This document shows, one piece after another, positions 37,846 through 50,124 of a stretch of 64,000 nucleotides of DNA. The notes under the pieces are model-generated. The model saw only the letters and a program-made list of their open reading frames with translations, made no database searches and was not told the DNA's origin. Where the stretch lies: contig BQFW01000001.1 of assembly GCA_020891255.1 (NCBI GenBank), positions 2,542,001 to 2,606,000 of the forward strand. The letters run 5' to 3'. Origin of the DNA: Entomortierella parvispora E1425 (taxonomy: Eukaryota > Fungi > Mortierellomycota). Position 1 is the first letter of the stretch; the number at the start of each line of letters is the position of its first letter. Position numbers and translations under genes: made by a program.

Positions 37846-38229
37846 GAGCAATACCCATATAGCAGTAGGAGTGTAGTTTGAAGAACAGATTTGAGCTGAA
37901 CAGGACTGCGACTGGACTTGCGGGTTGACCAGGACTGATGAACAGAAAATGAACGAGACGAGATTCAGGTTGACCAACAAAAGCAGAAACTGAACAGGAA
38001 CCAAGGCCGAACTGATACCAATACCAAGGCTAGCATGGACAACAGTGGCTTTGCAGAATCAAGCAGAGCACTTTGAAGGAGCTGTGAAATACGAATACAA
38101 GGGCTCCCTCAGGCATCATCAACCTGGTGGGGGTGTATCAGTAGAAGATGGATCATTTGTTGCCTGGATAAAGTACGCATGTTACTTGAACAAGGAAAGA
38201 GGAGCACACCGGCAGGAAAACAACGAAAC

Positions 38230-38357
38230 GCCACGGCGAGAAAGGGATAGTGCCACGTTTAGAAAGGGATTGTACCACGGCTAGAGAGGGATTGTGCCAC
38301 GGCTAGAAAGGGATTGTGCCACAGCTAGAAAAGGGATCGAGCCACCGCGAGAGAAGG
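38230..38357. repeat. 22-bp minisatellite, about 5.5 copies, consensus GCCACGGCTAGAAAGGGATTGT
   Basis: Units start at 38230, 38252, 38274, 38296, 38318 and 38341. Confidence 0.9.
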
Positions 38358-38447
38358 AGACACGCCTGGCGGGAGAAAAGACCACGCCAGGCGACTGTTC
38401 ATGTTCAGAGATTGAAGAATAAATGATCGTTTTTTTATGGGCCAAAA

Positions 38448-40157
38448 CTACAGCTCTGAATTCCGGATCCGGTTTTCTAGAGTGGATTTGGAAGGAAGAC
38501 ATAAGACCGGCCAGTGTTTGAGCATCCACCGAGCCTCTGCCGCCTTGGGTCGATCTGACGGCGGCAGAATCAAGACTTGTAGCTGCTTCAAACCCTTCAG
38601 TAGATCCAAGCCACCCCTCACTGCCTTGTCTTCTTCATGTCCGTAATCGCCTTCTTCATCTCCTTCTCTTCCATCTTCGCCTCTTCCATCTTCGCCTCTT
38701 CCATCTTCGCCTCTTCCACTGCTCCACTCCACCTCTCCCTTTTCCTCCTTCTCGTCCTCCTTTCCTCTCAATAACAACCGAAGGGTCGACCCAAATCCAG
38801 CACTCGGTGTCCCCGAGATCAAAGCCTCCAGTCGCGTCAAGGTCGACAGTCGAGCACAAATCATCCCGTGCGAAGAACTAGACCGGACCAGGAATCTCAA
38901 ATTAAGCACCTTGAGTTTCAAGCACACCCAAGGTCGATCGTCCTCCAATATCTCTGCATCCGTCACTTCGTTGGCGCTAAAACTCTCCAGATTTGGGATC
39001 GTCGTCAACATGCTCTGAATTGCCGCCCCTGACAAATCCTTGCATCCATACAGGTCCAGCTCTCTCAACGTCAACAGATGCGATGGTGCCACAGCTTGAA
39101 GACCCTTCCATGAGCCGAGGTTGAAGTTTGAACTGGGTAAACAGAGGCGAGTCAATTGGGGGATGGCTCGCATCAGTGCCATAAAGTCTTCGTTTCGGAA
39201 TCGGATATGAGCGAGCTCCAGATCTTCGAGCCGTTGTAAAGATTCTCCTGATTGGATGATGTCGGCCAAAGCACACATGGGACTCTTGCTCCTGGTGGAC
39301 AAGAGTCTATGTTGTAGGGGACTCATCATGGACATGCACCAGCAGAGACGAATCAGCTCTGGCAGTTGCTCCAGGATCCAGATATGAGCACTGTACACGG
39401 ACACGTCTTGGAGTCGCAAAAAGAGATCCTCTGTTCGGTTTGGTCCAGCAGATCGTCGCCAACCCTCGGTCGATATTGTTTTTGTCTGAGGAGGTATTGT
39501 TGTTACAGAAATGGAGGATGAGGAAGGGGAAATAACCTCAGGAAAGGCGCCCATGAACCCGACGACTCGTATCCGTGACCAAAGTCGCTCATAGAGGGAA
39601 ATCCATTGCTCTGGGTCTTCAATTTCCAGAGGATGCACCATCGTGAGTCGTCGGAGTCGTGGCGTCTCGGCCAAAGCCTCAAAGAGCTCCACAGGTCCTG
39701 TGAGGTTCAACCAGACCTCCTCCAGTGTATCCTGATGCCGCCGAACAAACGCACAGACGGAGGGATCCGCCACTTTGGCAGCCCCCATGGACGGGGTCAT
39801 GACTAACTCAGAGAGGAAGGGGTATGTAATCAGGTGCGATGAAGCAGTGCTGTCGTCCTCATCGTCAAGATCCTGAGAAAAGTCAACACTGTGTGTATAA
39901 CAAATCTGAAGTTTGCGGACCAGAGAAGAGTACTTTCGGACGGCGTGGAAAGAAGGTACCCTTTCTGCTGGATACCCACTATCAGGACAGATTCGAACAT
40001 CACTCCAGACCAAAGACGCCAGAGACACATGCCAGGTCCTTGAGACACAGAGACTCGCTTTCAAAGAAGGGAGGGTCAAGTAGAGTCCTACATGCTGGAC
40101 AATCTCGGGTAAGTCAAGGGGGTTTCTGCACTGCTCCTTTGGAGGCGGGAGGTCCAT
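38448..40157 (-). CDS. Intronless F-box-like / LRR protein, about 569 aa
   Basis: NPLDLPEIVQHVGLYL...SLCVSRTWHVSLASLVW F-box-like motif; LRELDLYGC, PWVCLKLKVLNL, GGLDLLKGLKQL; short GRGED peptide repeat near 38660-38715. Confidence 0.82.
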   Translation of the reverse strand: MDLPPPKEQCRNPLDLPEIVQHVGLYLTLPSLKASLCVSRTWHVSLASLVWSDVRICPDSGYPAERVPSFHAVRKYSSLVRKLQICYTHSVDFSQDLDDEDDSTASSHLITYPFLSELVMTPSMGAAKVADPSVCAFVRRHQDTLEEVWLNLTGPVELFEALAETPRLRRLTMVHPLEIEDPEQWISLYERLWSRIRVVGFMGAFPEVISPSSSSISVTTIPPQTKTISTEGWRRSAGPNRTEDLFLRLQDVSVYSAHIWILEQLPELIRLCWCMSMMSPLQHRLLSTRSKSPMCALADIIQSGESLQRLEDLELAHIRFRNEDFMALMRAIPQLTRLCLPSSNFNLGSWKGLQAVAPSHLLTLRELDLYGCKDLSGAAIQSMLTTIPNLESFSANEVTDAEILEDDRPWVCLKLKVLNLRFLVRSSSSHGMICARLSTLTRLEALISGTPSAGFGSTLRLLLRGKEDEKEEKGEVEWSSGRGEDGRGEDGRGEDGREGDEEGDYGHEEDKAVRGGLDLLKGLKQLQVLILPPSDRPKAAEARWMLKHWPVLCLPSKSTLENRIRNSEL

Positions 40158-40415
40158 GAAGGTGGTATCGTTGGGTGGTAAGAGAACAGGGAGTAAAGAA
40201 AGCAAAGAGAGACGTTGGTGGAGAGAAAGTGAAACGCGTCTGTCTTTTTTTTTTTTTCCTTTCTTCTCTGGCAGTCACAATGCGCGCGCGCCTGATCGCT
40301 CATGCCCACAGCTTGACCTGAGTGCGTCCATACATTTCACATTGGCATGCTAGAACCTCTTGCATCAGGGCTGTTGGACATTCAGACTAATTATTAAACA
40401 ACAATATGGATAATA

Positions 40416-42770
40416 TCACCTGAGGGTTTCGAGACTCTGTTTTTCTTTGACCAGGATCGATTGAAAGTAAGCGTCAACATCGCTCCATGCGCTCTCTCCA
40501 ATACCGTGAACACGGAACGAAATGTACGAATCTGGTCGAACTACAAAGATCGCTCCTTCACACTCCGAGTCAGCCTTGGGTGCCATGAACCAATTGGTTT
40601 TCTTGTCAACTTCATACCGACAATGCAGGACCCCATCCACATCCGTGTAGGCCATCCCTTCGCCAACCATCTTATTGCTCAGAGCATTCTTTTCGATAGT
40701 CATTGTCGGTCCAAAGAGGGTTGTGAAGGTATGGACCATGAACAAGTGATGGCGACTCGGATGTTTCGCCTCCTCATCTGTCGTGGACCCATTGGGGGAT
40801 GGCAACGACGCTGCAGGAGAACGCCATTGGGATCTCCAACGAGCGAGATAATGTTCCATGGTCTGAGAAAGAGCCGTCACCGCGGAGGCTTGATGTTTCC
40901 AAAGATCATCAGTAAAGACCAAGACTTGGAACGCCAAGGGGTGTCCAGCCATAAGGTCATGAAGTCGGATCATGTTCTGATCCTTCGTGGCGGGCGCCAC
41001 AGATCCGTTTACATCGCTATGGTCAGAGCGGCCATCTTGACCGCTGTTGAAATCGCTGCTTTCACTAATACCAGCGAGATTATGACCGAAGGGAATAAGG
41101 AAGCCATCTCTGGCCCTTTGACCAGCCGCTCCTGGTCCTGACTGACTGGCCTTTTGAGTTGGATGCTCCTTGTTCAACGAGTTCAAGTGATATCGCAGAG
41201 GTATCTAGATAAAAAAAAAAGAATGTTTAAGGAGCTGAATCTCACCTCATCAACACTAAGAGCCATGCTTTTCAAAATTGCATAGAACAAGATATACCAT
41301 AGATATAGGTGCCAACACGGGGGCAAGCAGACGCTCGGTGATTGGGTAAATAGCAATCATGAAGCGTTTGATCGCCCTCTTGAACTTTGTGTCAAGACCT
41401 AACTCGCTATCAAAAGAGCTGGCGGTGACTTTGATGACGGTCTCCGCCATCTTGGGACGTTCCTCATTGTACGAATCCAGCAAGGAAGGGGGGGCAATTC
41501 CTTTCAGGATCATGGCGAGTTTCCAGGAGAGATTGTAGGCGTCCTGAAGACCCAGGTTCAAGCCCTGCCCTGCGGCGGGCGAGTGAATGTGGGCTGCGTC
41601 GCCTGCGAGGATGATCCGATCCTGAAAAACATACTCTTTTGCGTTCCGTTCATGAACGCGATAGTAGGTCAACCATTTCACGGTCAGGATCTTCATCCGA
41701 CGTGGATAAACGTATGCGTCCAAGATGGGCTGAAATGTCTCCACAGTCAGGGTCTCGGACCGGAGGGCCTTGAATTGCTCAGTAGTCAGGGTTTTGAACG
41801 TGTTGATCACCATCTGGACACGGTTCTTCTCGCCCATTGGGAGAACGCAAATCCCTTTTGCATCAAAATAACTAACCCCTTCCCCGTGGAGAGTGCGGGA
41901 GGTCAGTGCCAGCTGGAGGAACAATTCTTTTCTTTGTTTTTATAATACTTACTTGACACATGCACCATCGATCAGGATGTCGGTGTCGACCGTGCCGTCA
42001 AAGACGATACACTCGTTGTCGCGCGTTATACCTGGGAAGGGCATGCTGATCTTATGACGGACCACAGAACGGCCACCATCTGCTCCAACCAAGTACTGAG
42101 ACTTGATCACTTTGTATTCGTATTGTTTTCCCTCTTCCTCGTCCGAGAGTTCAACGGCGCCCAAGAGTTTACTTTCGCCTGTCCTATGGTTGGTGCCGGT
42201 CAACGTCCTCCGGACGATCGTCTCGACCCAAGATGTGGAGGACATGAAGCCATCTTCGTTGTTGTAGTCCTTCTTGTTTTCCAGGGTGTCCTCCCGCAAT
42301 GCATGCACGTCGCTTGCATAAACCACTTTGGTATCCATCAACTCCCATCCCCATTCGATCCCCATCTTTCCACCCGATGCCTTCTCGAGGGCCTTTTCCA
42401 GGATCTGGACCGTCCTTTCCTGGGACAGCTGAAGCAACTTTTCAAAGAACGATTCATTCTTGGGTAACAAATTGGCCTCCAGGATCAACTTGCCACCGAA
42501 ATAGTGGCGATAGTTTGGTAAGAGTTGGCCTTGCTCCATAAACTGTTGTAGCAACTCCGGATCAATGAGGTGAAGGACCTCTTGGGTTCGAGAATGGTTC
42601 CAGACAGCTTTAGAAAGGGGTGAAAAGCAGAGTTCACGCTCAATGATACGACAGGGAATGTTCATCTTGGTGAGAAGGAGCGCGGTCAAGAGGCCGGTGG
42701 GGCCAGCACCAGAGATGAGAACAGGGATGTTTTCAGACGGCCCTGATATGGAGGGAATGACAGTGGACAT
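40416..42770 (-). CDS. FAD-dependent monooxygenase, copy 3; three exons, apparently intact
   Basis: GAGPTG, ADGGRS, GDAAH and RPDSY motifs. Both introns keep GT..AG ends and frame; intron 1 is shortened relative to copies 1 and 2. Confidence 0.9.
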
Positions 42771-43138
42771 GCTGCTGGAAGAATGGAGAGGTGTTGCAAG
42801 GTAGGAAATGGATTGATTGAGAGGAAGATTGTTGAAAGACAAAGAGAATAAAAGATGGGCAATGGACAGCAAGGTCGCGGAAAAGATCCCTCTTTTTTTT
42901 TTTTTTTGCTGCAAACTGTGGAGGCAAACCGCCCGGTGTTGCAGCTAGCTGACCTGGGAAAAGATTAAATAGGATCAAGGGGCGAAAGAAGCCGAAAGGG
43001 AGACAGATGGTCTGTCTGCATTTGCTCGTCGAGTGCAACTCCTATATTTTGACGTGTTCTTCCTTGTGTCAAAGAGCTCCAGTCAAGGAATCAAGGGCCA
43101 AAAAAAGGATGCATAGCTTGTTTTTATTAATCCGGTGT

Positions 43139-46100
43139 CTATTTCACTTCCACCTTGTAATCATCAGGACTAGGTGCGTGAGGTGAGGTCACGGGCTTCT
43201 TGTTGGCTGCAGGGGTCTTGCCTTGTGGTGTCAAAGGTGCAACTGAAGCCATGACTGGCGTCGCCGCCGCACTGCTGCTATTGTCGGGTACAAGTGAAAT
43301 ATGGGATGGGGAGGGCGAAGGAGCTCCCGAAGAGGTTGACTGGTGATCTTCATAGATTGATCCGGCAGCTGACCCAGGGCGTTCATGCTGTTGTTGTTGC
43401 TGCTGCTGGTGATACTGCTGCTGCTGCTGTTGTTGTTGATGATATTGTTGCTGCTGCTGCTGTTGCTGCTGCTGGTATTGCTGGTATTGCTGCTGCTGGT
43501 ATTGTTGCTCATACTGTTGCTGGTAAGGATTTGGCTGCTGCTGATTAACCCGGGGGATATTCCAGCCAAGGGGCGCTAGGCTCGCACTGCTTCCAGAAGA
43601 AGAAACCGATGAGACGGATCCTTCCCTCTGACGTTGCTCCCTCAACTGCTGCTGGTACAGTTGATACTGCTGCTGGTTATACTCTTGCTCGTGGGGCTGG
43701 TAGTAAAAATCGTTCAATTGCTGCTGCTGCTGACGAAGGTACTGCTGTTGCTGTTGAATATATTGCGCATTGTAAGTTCCAGACGCGTGATGGTGCTGTT
43801 GTTGATGCTGAGGACTAGGGGAGGATCCGGGCGAAGCATTCCCTTGCTGTGGAGGAGTATGAGATCCCGAGAGCCTGTTCTTTTGCTTGGATGCCTGAGG
43901 AACGTAGGCCGTCGAGGGTTGATATGGAATGGGCGACTGGTAGCTGCTAATTTGAGCATATGCTGTTTTTGGTGTAGGCAACGATGCGATTGATGGCTGG
44001 GGTGAGGGGTGCGTGTGCTGGTGCATTGGCTGAGGCGAGCTTTGAACTGATTGGTGCTGAGGCTCGGGTGAAGCAGTATATGCCATTTGTTGTTGTTGCT
44101 GTAGCTGCTGCTGCTGCTTCATCGCAATCTTTTGCTGGCGGATGGCGTCCAATGATGGTACCTGGGGCATAGGTACAAAAGGAATCGACTCTTCTTCGGC
44201 CTGATCGTTGCCCATGCTCTCCAGTGGTTGCTCCGCCTCTCCTCCCATACTCTCGAGCGGTCTCTCCGGCTCTTGTCCCATACTCTCAAGAGGCTTTTCT
44301 GGCTCTGGTCCCATTGTTTCTGGAATGTCCACTTCCTTGGAGGACTTTGCTTCACCTTGGTCGCCCAATGTCTCTGGAATAACAGCTTCTCCCGATAATT
44401 CCTCGTGAATATCCTCGTGAATATCCTCAGACTCTGTCGTTGATTCGACTGACTCGGCATCCTCCTCAACCCATGGTCGGGGTCCTTGTTGCGAAACTCT
44501 GGTTGCATCAGGGTCAGTTGCTTGTGGTCCACGGAGAACGCGTGGTGCCTTGGACGCCTTCGGAGTCTCCAGATCCTCGGATTCAGCCTCAGAAGCGGAA
44601 GCGGAGGCAGCAAGGTCGGTATTAATCTTTGTTCCGGCCCTAGCCACTCTGGAGCTCGCTTGCTTGGAGATGGCAGGAGTGTCGCCATCGGTTGTCTCGG
44701 GGGCTCTGGCCTGGCGCTTGATGACCTTGGTCGATCGCTTGGGGACAACGTCGCCCATCACAAATCGAAGCTCTTCAGCAGTCAGACGAAGCTCCTCATC
44801 TTCGGCAGCAGGGGTTGGTGGTGCCGCCTCTGCAAGGCTCAGTTCCAATGCATGCTTGATTTCCAGTTCTTCCAGTCGTCGCAGCGTTTCTGCCTCTGAT
44901 TCTGTGGTGTCTTCGATCTTGAGTGGCAGCGCCTCAAGCTTCTTAGTCGGCAAAGGTTCGTTCTTTTTAGTCTCGCTCTTCTTGATCTGAACGCTGGCCA
45001 GAGCCTCAGCTGCCTCTGATGCCCAGTCGGATGTTCGTGGGGGGAGAGTTGGGCCAGACTGGGTGACCTTGCTGTTCTTGTTGGGGGTCAAGGTGAGTTT
45101 GGGAGCTAAAGTCGAGGCGAATTCGGCATTGTGCACTTGAAGACTGTCCGGACTGGAGCCGGTTTTCTGATCTGTAGACAGTGCGACCGAGGGCTTTGCT
45201 TTGAGAGGCGAGGTAGGTGCCTGAACAAACTCGACGTCCGAGTCGGAATCCTCAGGTTCTGATGCCGAGTCCGTTGACGCTGTTGCTGTTCGAGACTCCT
45301 TGACTGCCAGAGTCTGGATCTCTTCCACTGAGGCCTGTGAGACTTCTGACATGGACCTGGCTGGGGGAGGTGGAGGTGGGGGGTGCACGACGACTGACTG
45401 GGGATCGACCATGACGAGCTGGTCCCAGTTCTCGAGGGCGATTCTTGCAGCTTGAAGAATGTCCTCCGTCTTGCGGCCTATTTCAAACAAAAACAACAAA
45501 AGGAAGTCAGCAAGGTGAACATCACATGGGCCCCTTTCCTTCTCCTTGTGTGTCGTCAAGAATAATCTCCAACAGACAGCACCACAGCCGTGAGAGAAAA
45601 TGTCCGAGTTTCCAACAAGACCACATGCTTTGGCCCGTTCCTTTCTTTCTATCGTTGTGTTCACTCACCATCAGCCACGGCACCTGGAGGCAAAGGAAGG
45701 TCGATATGGTCCAGTAACTGCATTCCATGCTCTCCAATGATTTGCATCTTCTTTCCCAGCTCGATAATCGCATTCAGCTCCTCCGTGTAGGCACCCTTGA
45801 TCAGCTGGCGCTTCAGGTGCTGCAACTTTGTCTCTGTCGGCGCCGACTCTTTTTGAATCTGGTCCAACTCAGTCTGCAACAGCTTGGCCTTGGCTGTACG
45901 CAGCCTTGACTTTGAGGCTTCGAGGATCTTTTGCTGAAGGTCAGACTGTCGGCGTCCCATCTCACAGAGCGAGTCGTCCTTGGTGCGCAGGTACTTTATC
46001 TTTTCGCGAAACGACTCGTACTGGGTCCCAAAGCGGATCTCGTAGTCGCTGATCTTGCGAATCAACAGGTTAAGTTTCAAGAGGACATCGCCCAAGTCGT

Positions 46101-46436
46101 CCGTCTAGCAAATGAGAAGTGAATGAGAAAGACGCGTTGGTTAGTTCAGGTTCACAAAAAGGGAGGAAAGAAGGTCCGCGTTTTCTCTTTCTCAGTTTGT
46201 CATTATAACCATCCTCTGATGACGATTGCAGCTGACCAAAAGGCATTCATTTTTACCTGGGTCTTGCTCCAGTCCATCATATGCTTGCATTCCTCCACTC
46301 TGACTTTGGAGACGACAGCCAGACTGTCAATGAGTCTGCGCTGCTCGCCAATGGCATTTGTCAGTGGACTGAGGAAGGAGCCGGCAGCGCGCCTTGCGCT
46401 GTCCTGAAGATGGGACTGCAGTCCGAGGAGATCCAT
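43139..46436 (-). CDS. PIL1: Eisosome Pil1/Lsp1-family BAR-domain protein with a long acidic and Q-rich tail; exons 46436-46257, 46104-45669, 45477-43139
   Basis: DDLGDVLLKLNLLI...YESFREKIKYLR...ELDQIQKESAPTETKLQHLKRQLIKGAYTEELNAIIELGKKMQIIGEHGMQLLDHI...DILQAARIALENW parallels the Pil1/Lsp1 domain pattern. Pil1 and Lsp1 cannot be told apart by eye. Confidence 0.72.
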
Positions 46437-48071
46437 GTGCGGTAGAAAGAGGTGATGTGTTTCTGCTGGGGAGAGTACGAGACGGGGAGAGTACGAGACA
46501 GGGAGAGAGGAGAAAAGGGAAGAATAGAGAAGGGGGGGAAGATGACTCGGCAGAGAAGAGAGCGTTGGGGGTCGAGGATGATGTAGGGAGAGGGGAATGG
46601 AACAGAGAAAAGGAAGGTTGAAGGAGAAGGAAAAAAAAGAAAGGAAAAAAAAAAGTGAGAGCAGCCAAGCGATGTCATGTCTGTCAGCAAGCATGCAAAG
46701 AGAGGGTGCGCGTGGTGCGTGCCCAGTTCGCTTGCTTGCTTCTCTGCTTGCTTGCTCAGTCTATTTTTGTCGTGCCATGCCACAGCCAATAGCTCTTTTC
46801 TCTTTCTTGCTTACTCTCGCACGTTGGAGAGTGAGAGGAACGATCGTCTATGCTCGATCGCTTGTTTTTTCCATGACGGACGTACTCGGCACATGGTCAT
46901 CGTTCTTGCGACTCTGTCTTACTGCCCGTACCTGAAGTTCATCGAAGAGGCACTCGGACGGAAAGGGGCAGTTAGCAGTCCACCTCCAAACCATTTGGGA
47001 TGGGCTACTGGACCACTGTACGATAGTCAGAAACGGCTCACCGCCTCCCATTGAACGTATTCTTTCAGGCACGGGCTCCAGCCATCTCTCGCCTCTCGAA
47101 GTACCATTGTCTACAATAGTCTTGCGTGCTGCGGAAGATGACTTTAATGGGATAGTGGTCCTTTATCTCTCCTTGACACGTTCGTAGGATAGCATCCATT
47201 GTCAAGCCGTGTAATAATACAGGGCCATGAGAAAAGTGTAGACGAGAGTCCTACCCAGTCCTCTTTCGTATCCTCTTGAGCTTTGTTCAATATGAGCTGA
47301 GCTTCAGTCTTTCTCTATCCAACATCAGTCCTGTTTGCTACCTCAGACTCCTCACCGTGTCCTCCCGTTTATGACTTTCCTTATTCCCTGATTCCAGCGC
47401 TGTCCATTTGTGGTGTGAAGTGAGAGTCGCGAACAGGAGATCTAATGCAGAGGAAAAGAAACATACTTCAAGTCAGATTCGCAAAAAAAGTTGACAAAAA
47501 AAAAAAAACGCGCTCTAAAACGCGACTCTGTTTTGAGATCCTGTCGGCCTATCCCCGTCCCTGCCTATGTTCCCTCGCAGGACCATGGTCAGAAAGACAG
47601 GTGGAAAAGGCGGCCCAGACCTTTCTATCCGCGGCACTTGGATGTCCAAAACTGAGACATTCTGTCGCCGCTTTGTCCCTTCCTATTTTTTGCATATGGG
47701 ACGTGGAGGAGTTGTCTTTTCACAGGAATGCTGCCAGCTTGGATGCAAATGTAAATGAGCAGAATGAATCCTGGTCCCCGAAAGCATCCATTCCGCCATT
47801 CACCTCCCTTGGCTGCAGCCATTCCTCGTCGACATTCGAAGAGAGATGTTGGCTTGCAGAGTGCGTCATGCTCGTCATACTCGGCACTTTTTATCTAAAA
47901 GGGATTCCCGGGAGGACCTTACAAGCCAACATGGGGTTTGTACATGAGAAGGGAAGGGAGGAGGATGGTGAGGGGGAAAGGGAAGGATAGAGGTGGAGGT
48001 GGAAAGAGGGTAGTTGAAAGAGAAAGAAAAAAAAGTTGTTTGCATAGGATTTATGTACTTTATTGGAGTTT

Positions 48072-49151
48072 TTATTGGATCGACCTCTTGGGGGCGCCTA
48101 ACTTGATCCTGCCTGAAGGGGCCTTCGTGTTCTTCATTTTCAGTTCTTCCCGCTTGGCCTTGCGCTCCAAGTACTCCGCGTGTTTCTGCTGAGCCAGCTG
48201 TGTCAGACTAGCCTTAACATTGGCTTTGCGGGCTTTCTCGCGGGTAGCATCCTGTTCTTGAGCGCGCACCGAATCTATAACGTTGATACCGTCGGTCCTG
48301 ATAATCCTGCGTACAGCCTCGCTAGAGATGTTGAAATGTCCTGCCAGTTTATCAGCTGTCCACTCTTCAGGGAACTAAGTAAAAAAAAAAAGAGGAGAGG
48401 CGAGGTGAGTATTAATGAGAAATTGAGGGCCGCAGGTCGCAGGACCTAATATAAAATGCGTAAAATTACAAGTAAATCATTTTCATTCAATGGAGCATAC
48501 CTGTTTCCGGAGGTATCTCATCTCCTCCATGGTATGTCGAGTGACTTTCTTGACTGGGTTCCATCGTTCGCCCTGCAACTTCTCCTTGATAGCAACCTTA
48601 TGTTTCAACCACAGGGGTACTTCTTCTTGTGCTTGCCCAAACTTGTGAAGATGAGGGTTCGGGGATGATTTCTCATATCGGTTCCTGATACCTGAAGATA
48701 CATTTTGAACTTCGTTGGTGTTGTGTTTTTTGGCTTTTTGTTGAATGATCCCGTTGGATATCCGGGTCTTGACCATCTCTGCAGCCAGATCGGCGATCTC
48801 GGGGCGACCCTGACGATGCACAATGGGGGCAAACACTGTTGATTCCGATCCGATCGCCCAACGTTGCTCTGCCTGTGCAAATATTTCAGGATCCTGGAAT
48901 GCATCCGGGGTGATATCTACAAGGGGGGCCGTGGAAACGGTAGAGCTACTGGTATTTTCGTTGTTTGTGGTCGTTGTCGAGGAAGAAGAGATGGAAGTAG
49001 GCTTTGTTGTTCTCAAAGGGGAAGATCTAGGGAGGAGTGAGATCATGGATGTAGAGATTGTGCGTGCATGACTTTGCATGAGGTGGCGCTGTGGGCATGC
49101 CTTGCCGTGCCTTGCGATCTGTGTCCATGCAGCTCGTCCTGGATTGATCAT
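48072..49151 (-). CDS. RRG9: Mitochondrial Rrg9 / neugrin-family protein; exons 49151-48501, 48374-48072
   Basis: WLKHKVAIKEKLQGERWNPVKKVT...MRYLRKQFPEEWTADKLAGHFNISSEAVRRII matches the neugrin domain; the N-terminus is Arg/Ser-rich like a mitochondrial presequence. Confidence 0.82.
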
Positions 49152-50124
49152 TCTAGTTGTCCTTGTCTGGTTGTGTGTTTGAGGAATGAGAGAAAGAAAA
49201 CATCCAGGCGAATGGGCGAGCCACGAAAGGAAAAAAAAAAAAAAAGAAAAAAAAAATTCTGGGCTTTGAACGTGGTCACAGACCATCCTTTGCCACCAAA
49301 AATGCCGCCCGTCTCTGTCTTTCCTTGGATCAAGATGCAAGGTGTCTGTCTGTCTCTAGCTGTGTAGTGGACAACCAGGACCAGCAGCAAAGATGGTCAC
49401 TGGGTCTTGAAAGGGTGAGGAGATGATTCTCCAGGATGGACGCGGACCGGGATCCTGCTGTTTACGTGGCAAACCTACAACAACGCAGCAGGACTATTTT
49501 TGAGCCGTGGAGTGGGATGCACATTCTTTGCCCTGGATGTTTTTGATATGCAGCAGGCAAAGCGGGAAGGCGTGATGGGCATGAAAGGCATGACGAAAGA
49601 AGGATGGACGCAGAGAGGAAAGACAAACGAGGAACGAGGAAAGACAAACGAGGCAAGAGGAAAGAGGAAAGAGGAAAGAGGAAAGAAACAGGAGACCAGA
49701 TCAACCGTGAGAACAGGCCGGAGTGCTTGCCACCAAGAGACCAGAAAGAGGAGAAGAAAAGCACAGCCCGGGAGACACACCCGCGCCGCATTGCATCCAT
49801 GGTGGGACCATGTCCATATGGCTCTCTCTTTTTGGTTCCCTTTTCTTTCCCTTCCCTTCTCTTCCCTTCCCTTCCCTTCCCTTCCTTCCTTTTCCCTTTT
49901 CCCCTCTGCTTCCCACTTTCTTCCTCCTCCTCCTCCTCCTCCTTTCTTTTCTTGTTGGTTTCCTGTCCTTTTCTTCATCCTTCATTCATCCACATTGCCT
50001 ACTCTTCATCATCGTCTTCATCAACTCACCTTCTCTGCCCACCACTCATACATGGACTTTCTCACAGGACCACAACAATAACAAAAAGCCGATTGCTGAT
50101 TGAAATCACAACACCCCAGCAACC

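Noticed and set aside
30430-42770. Secondary-metabolite biosynthetic gene cluster built around the monooxygenases
   Set aside because: No PKS, NRPS, terpene synthase, transporter or cluster regulator is present in the window; tandem duplication explains the three copies.
46850-47440. Possible small gene or relic upstream of the Pil1-like gene
   Set aside because: All frames are interrupted by stops and no motif or paralog could be recognised.
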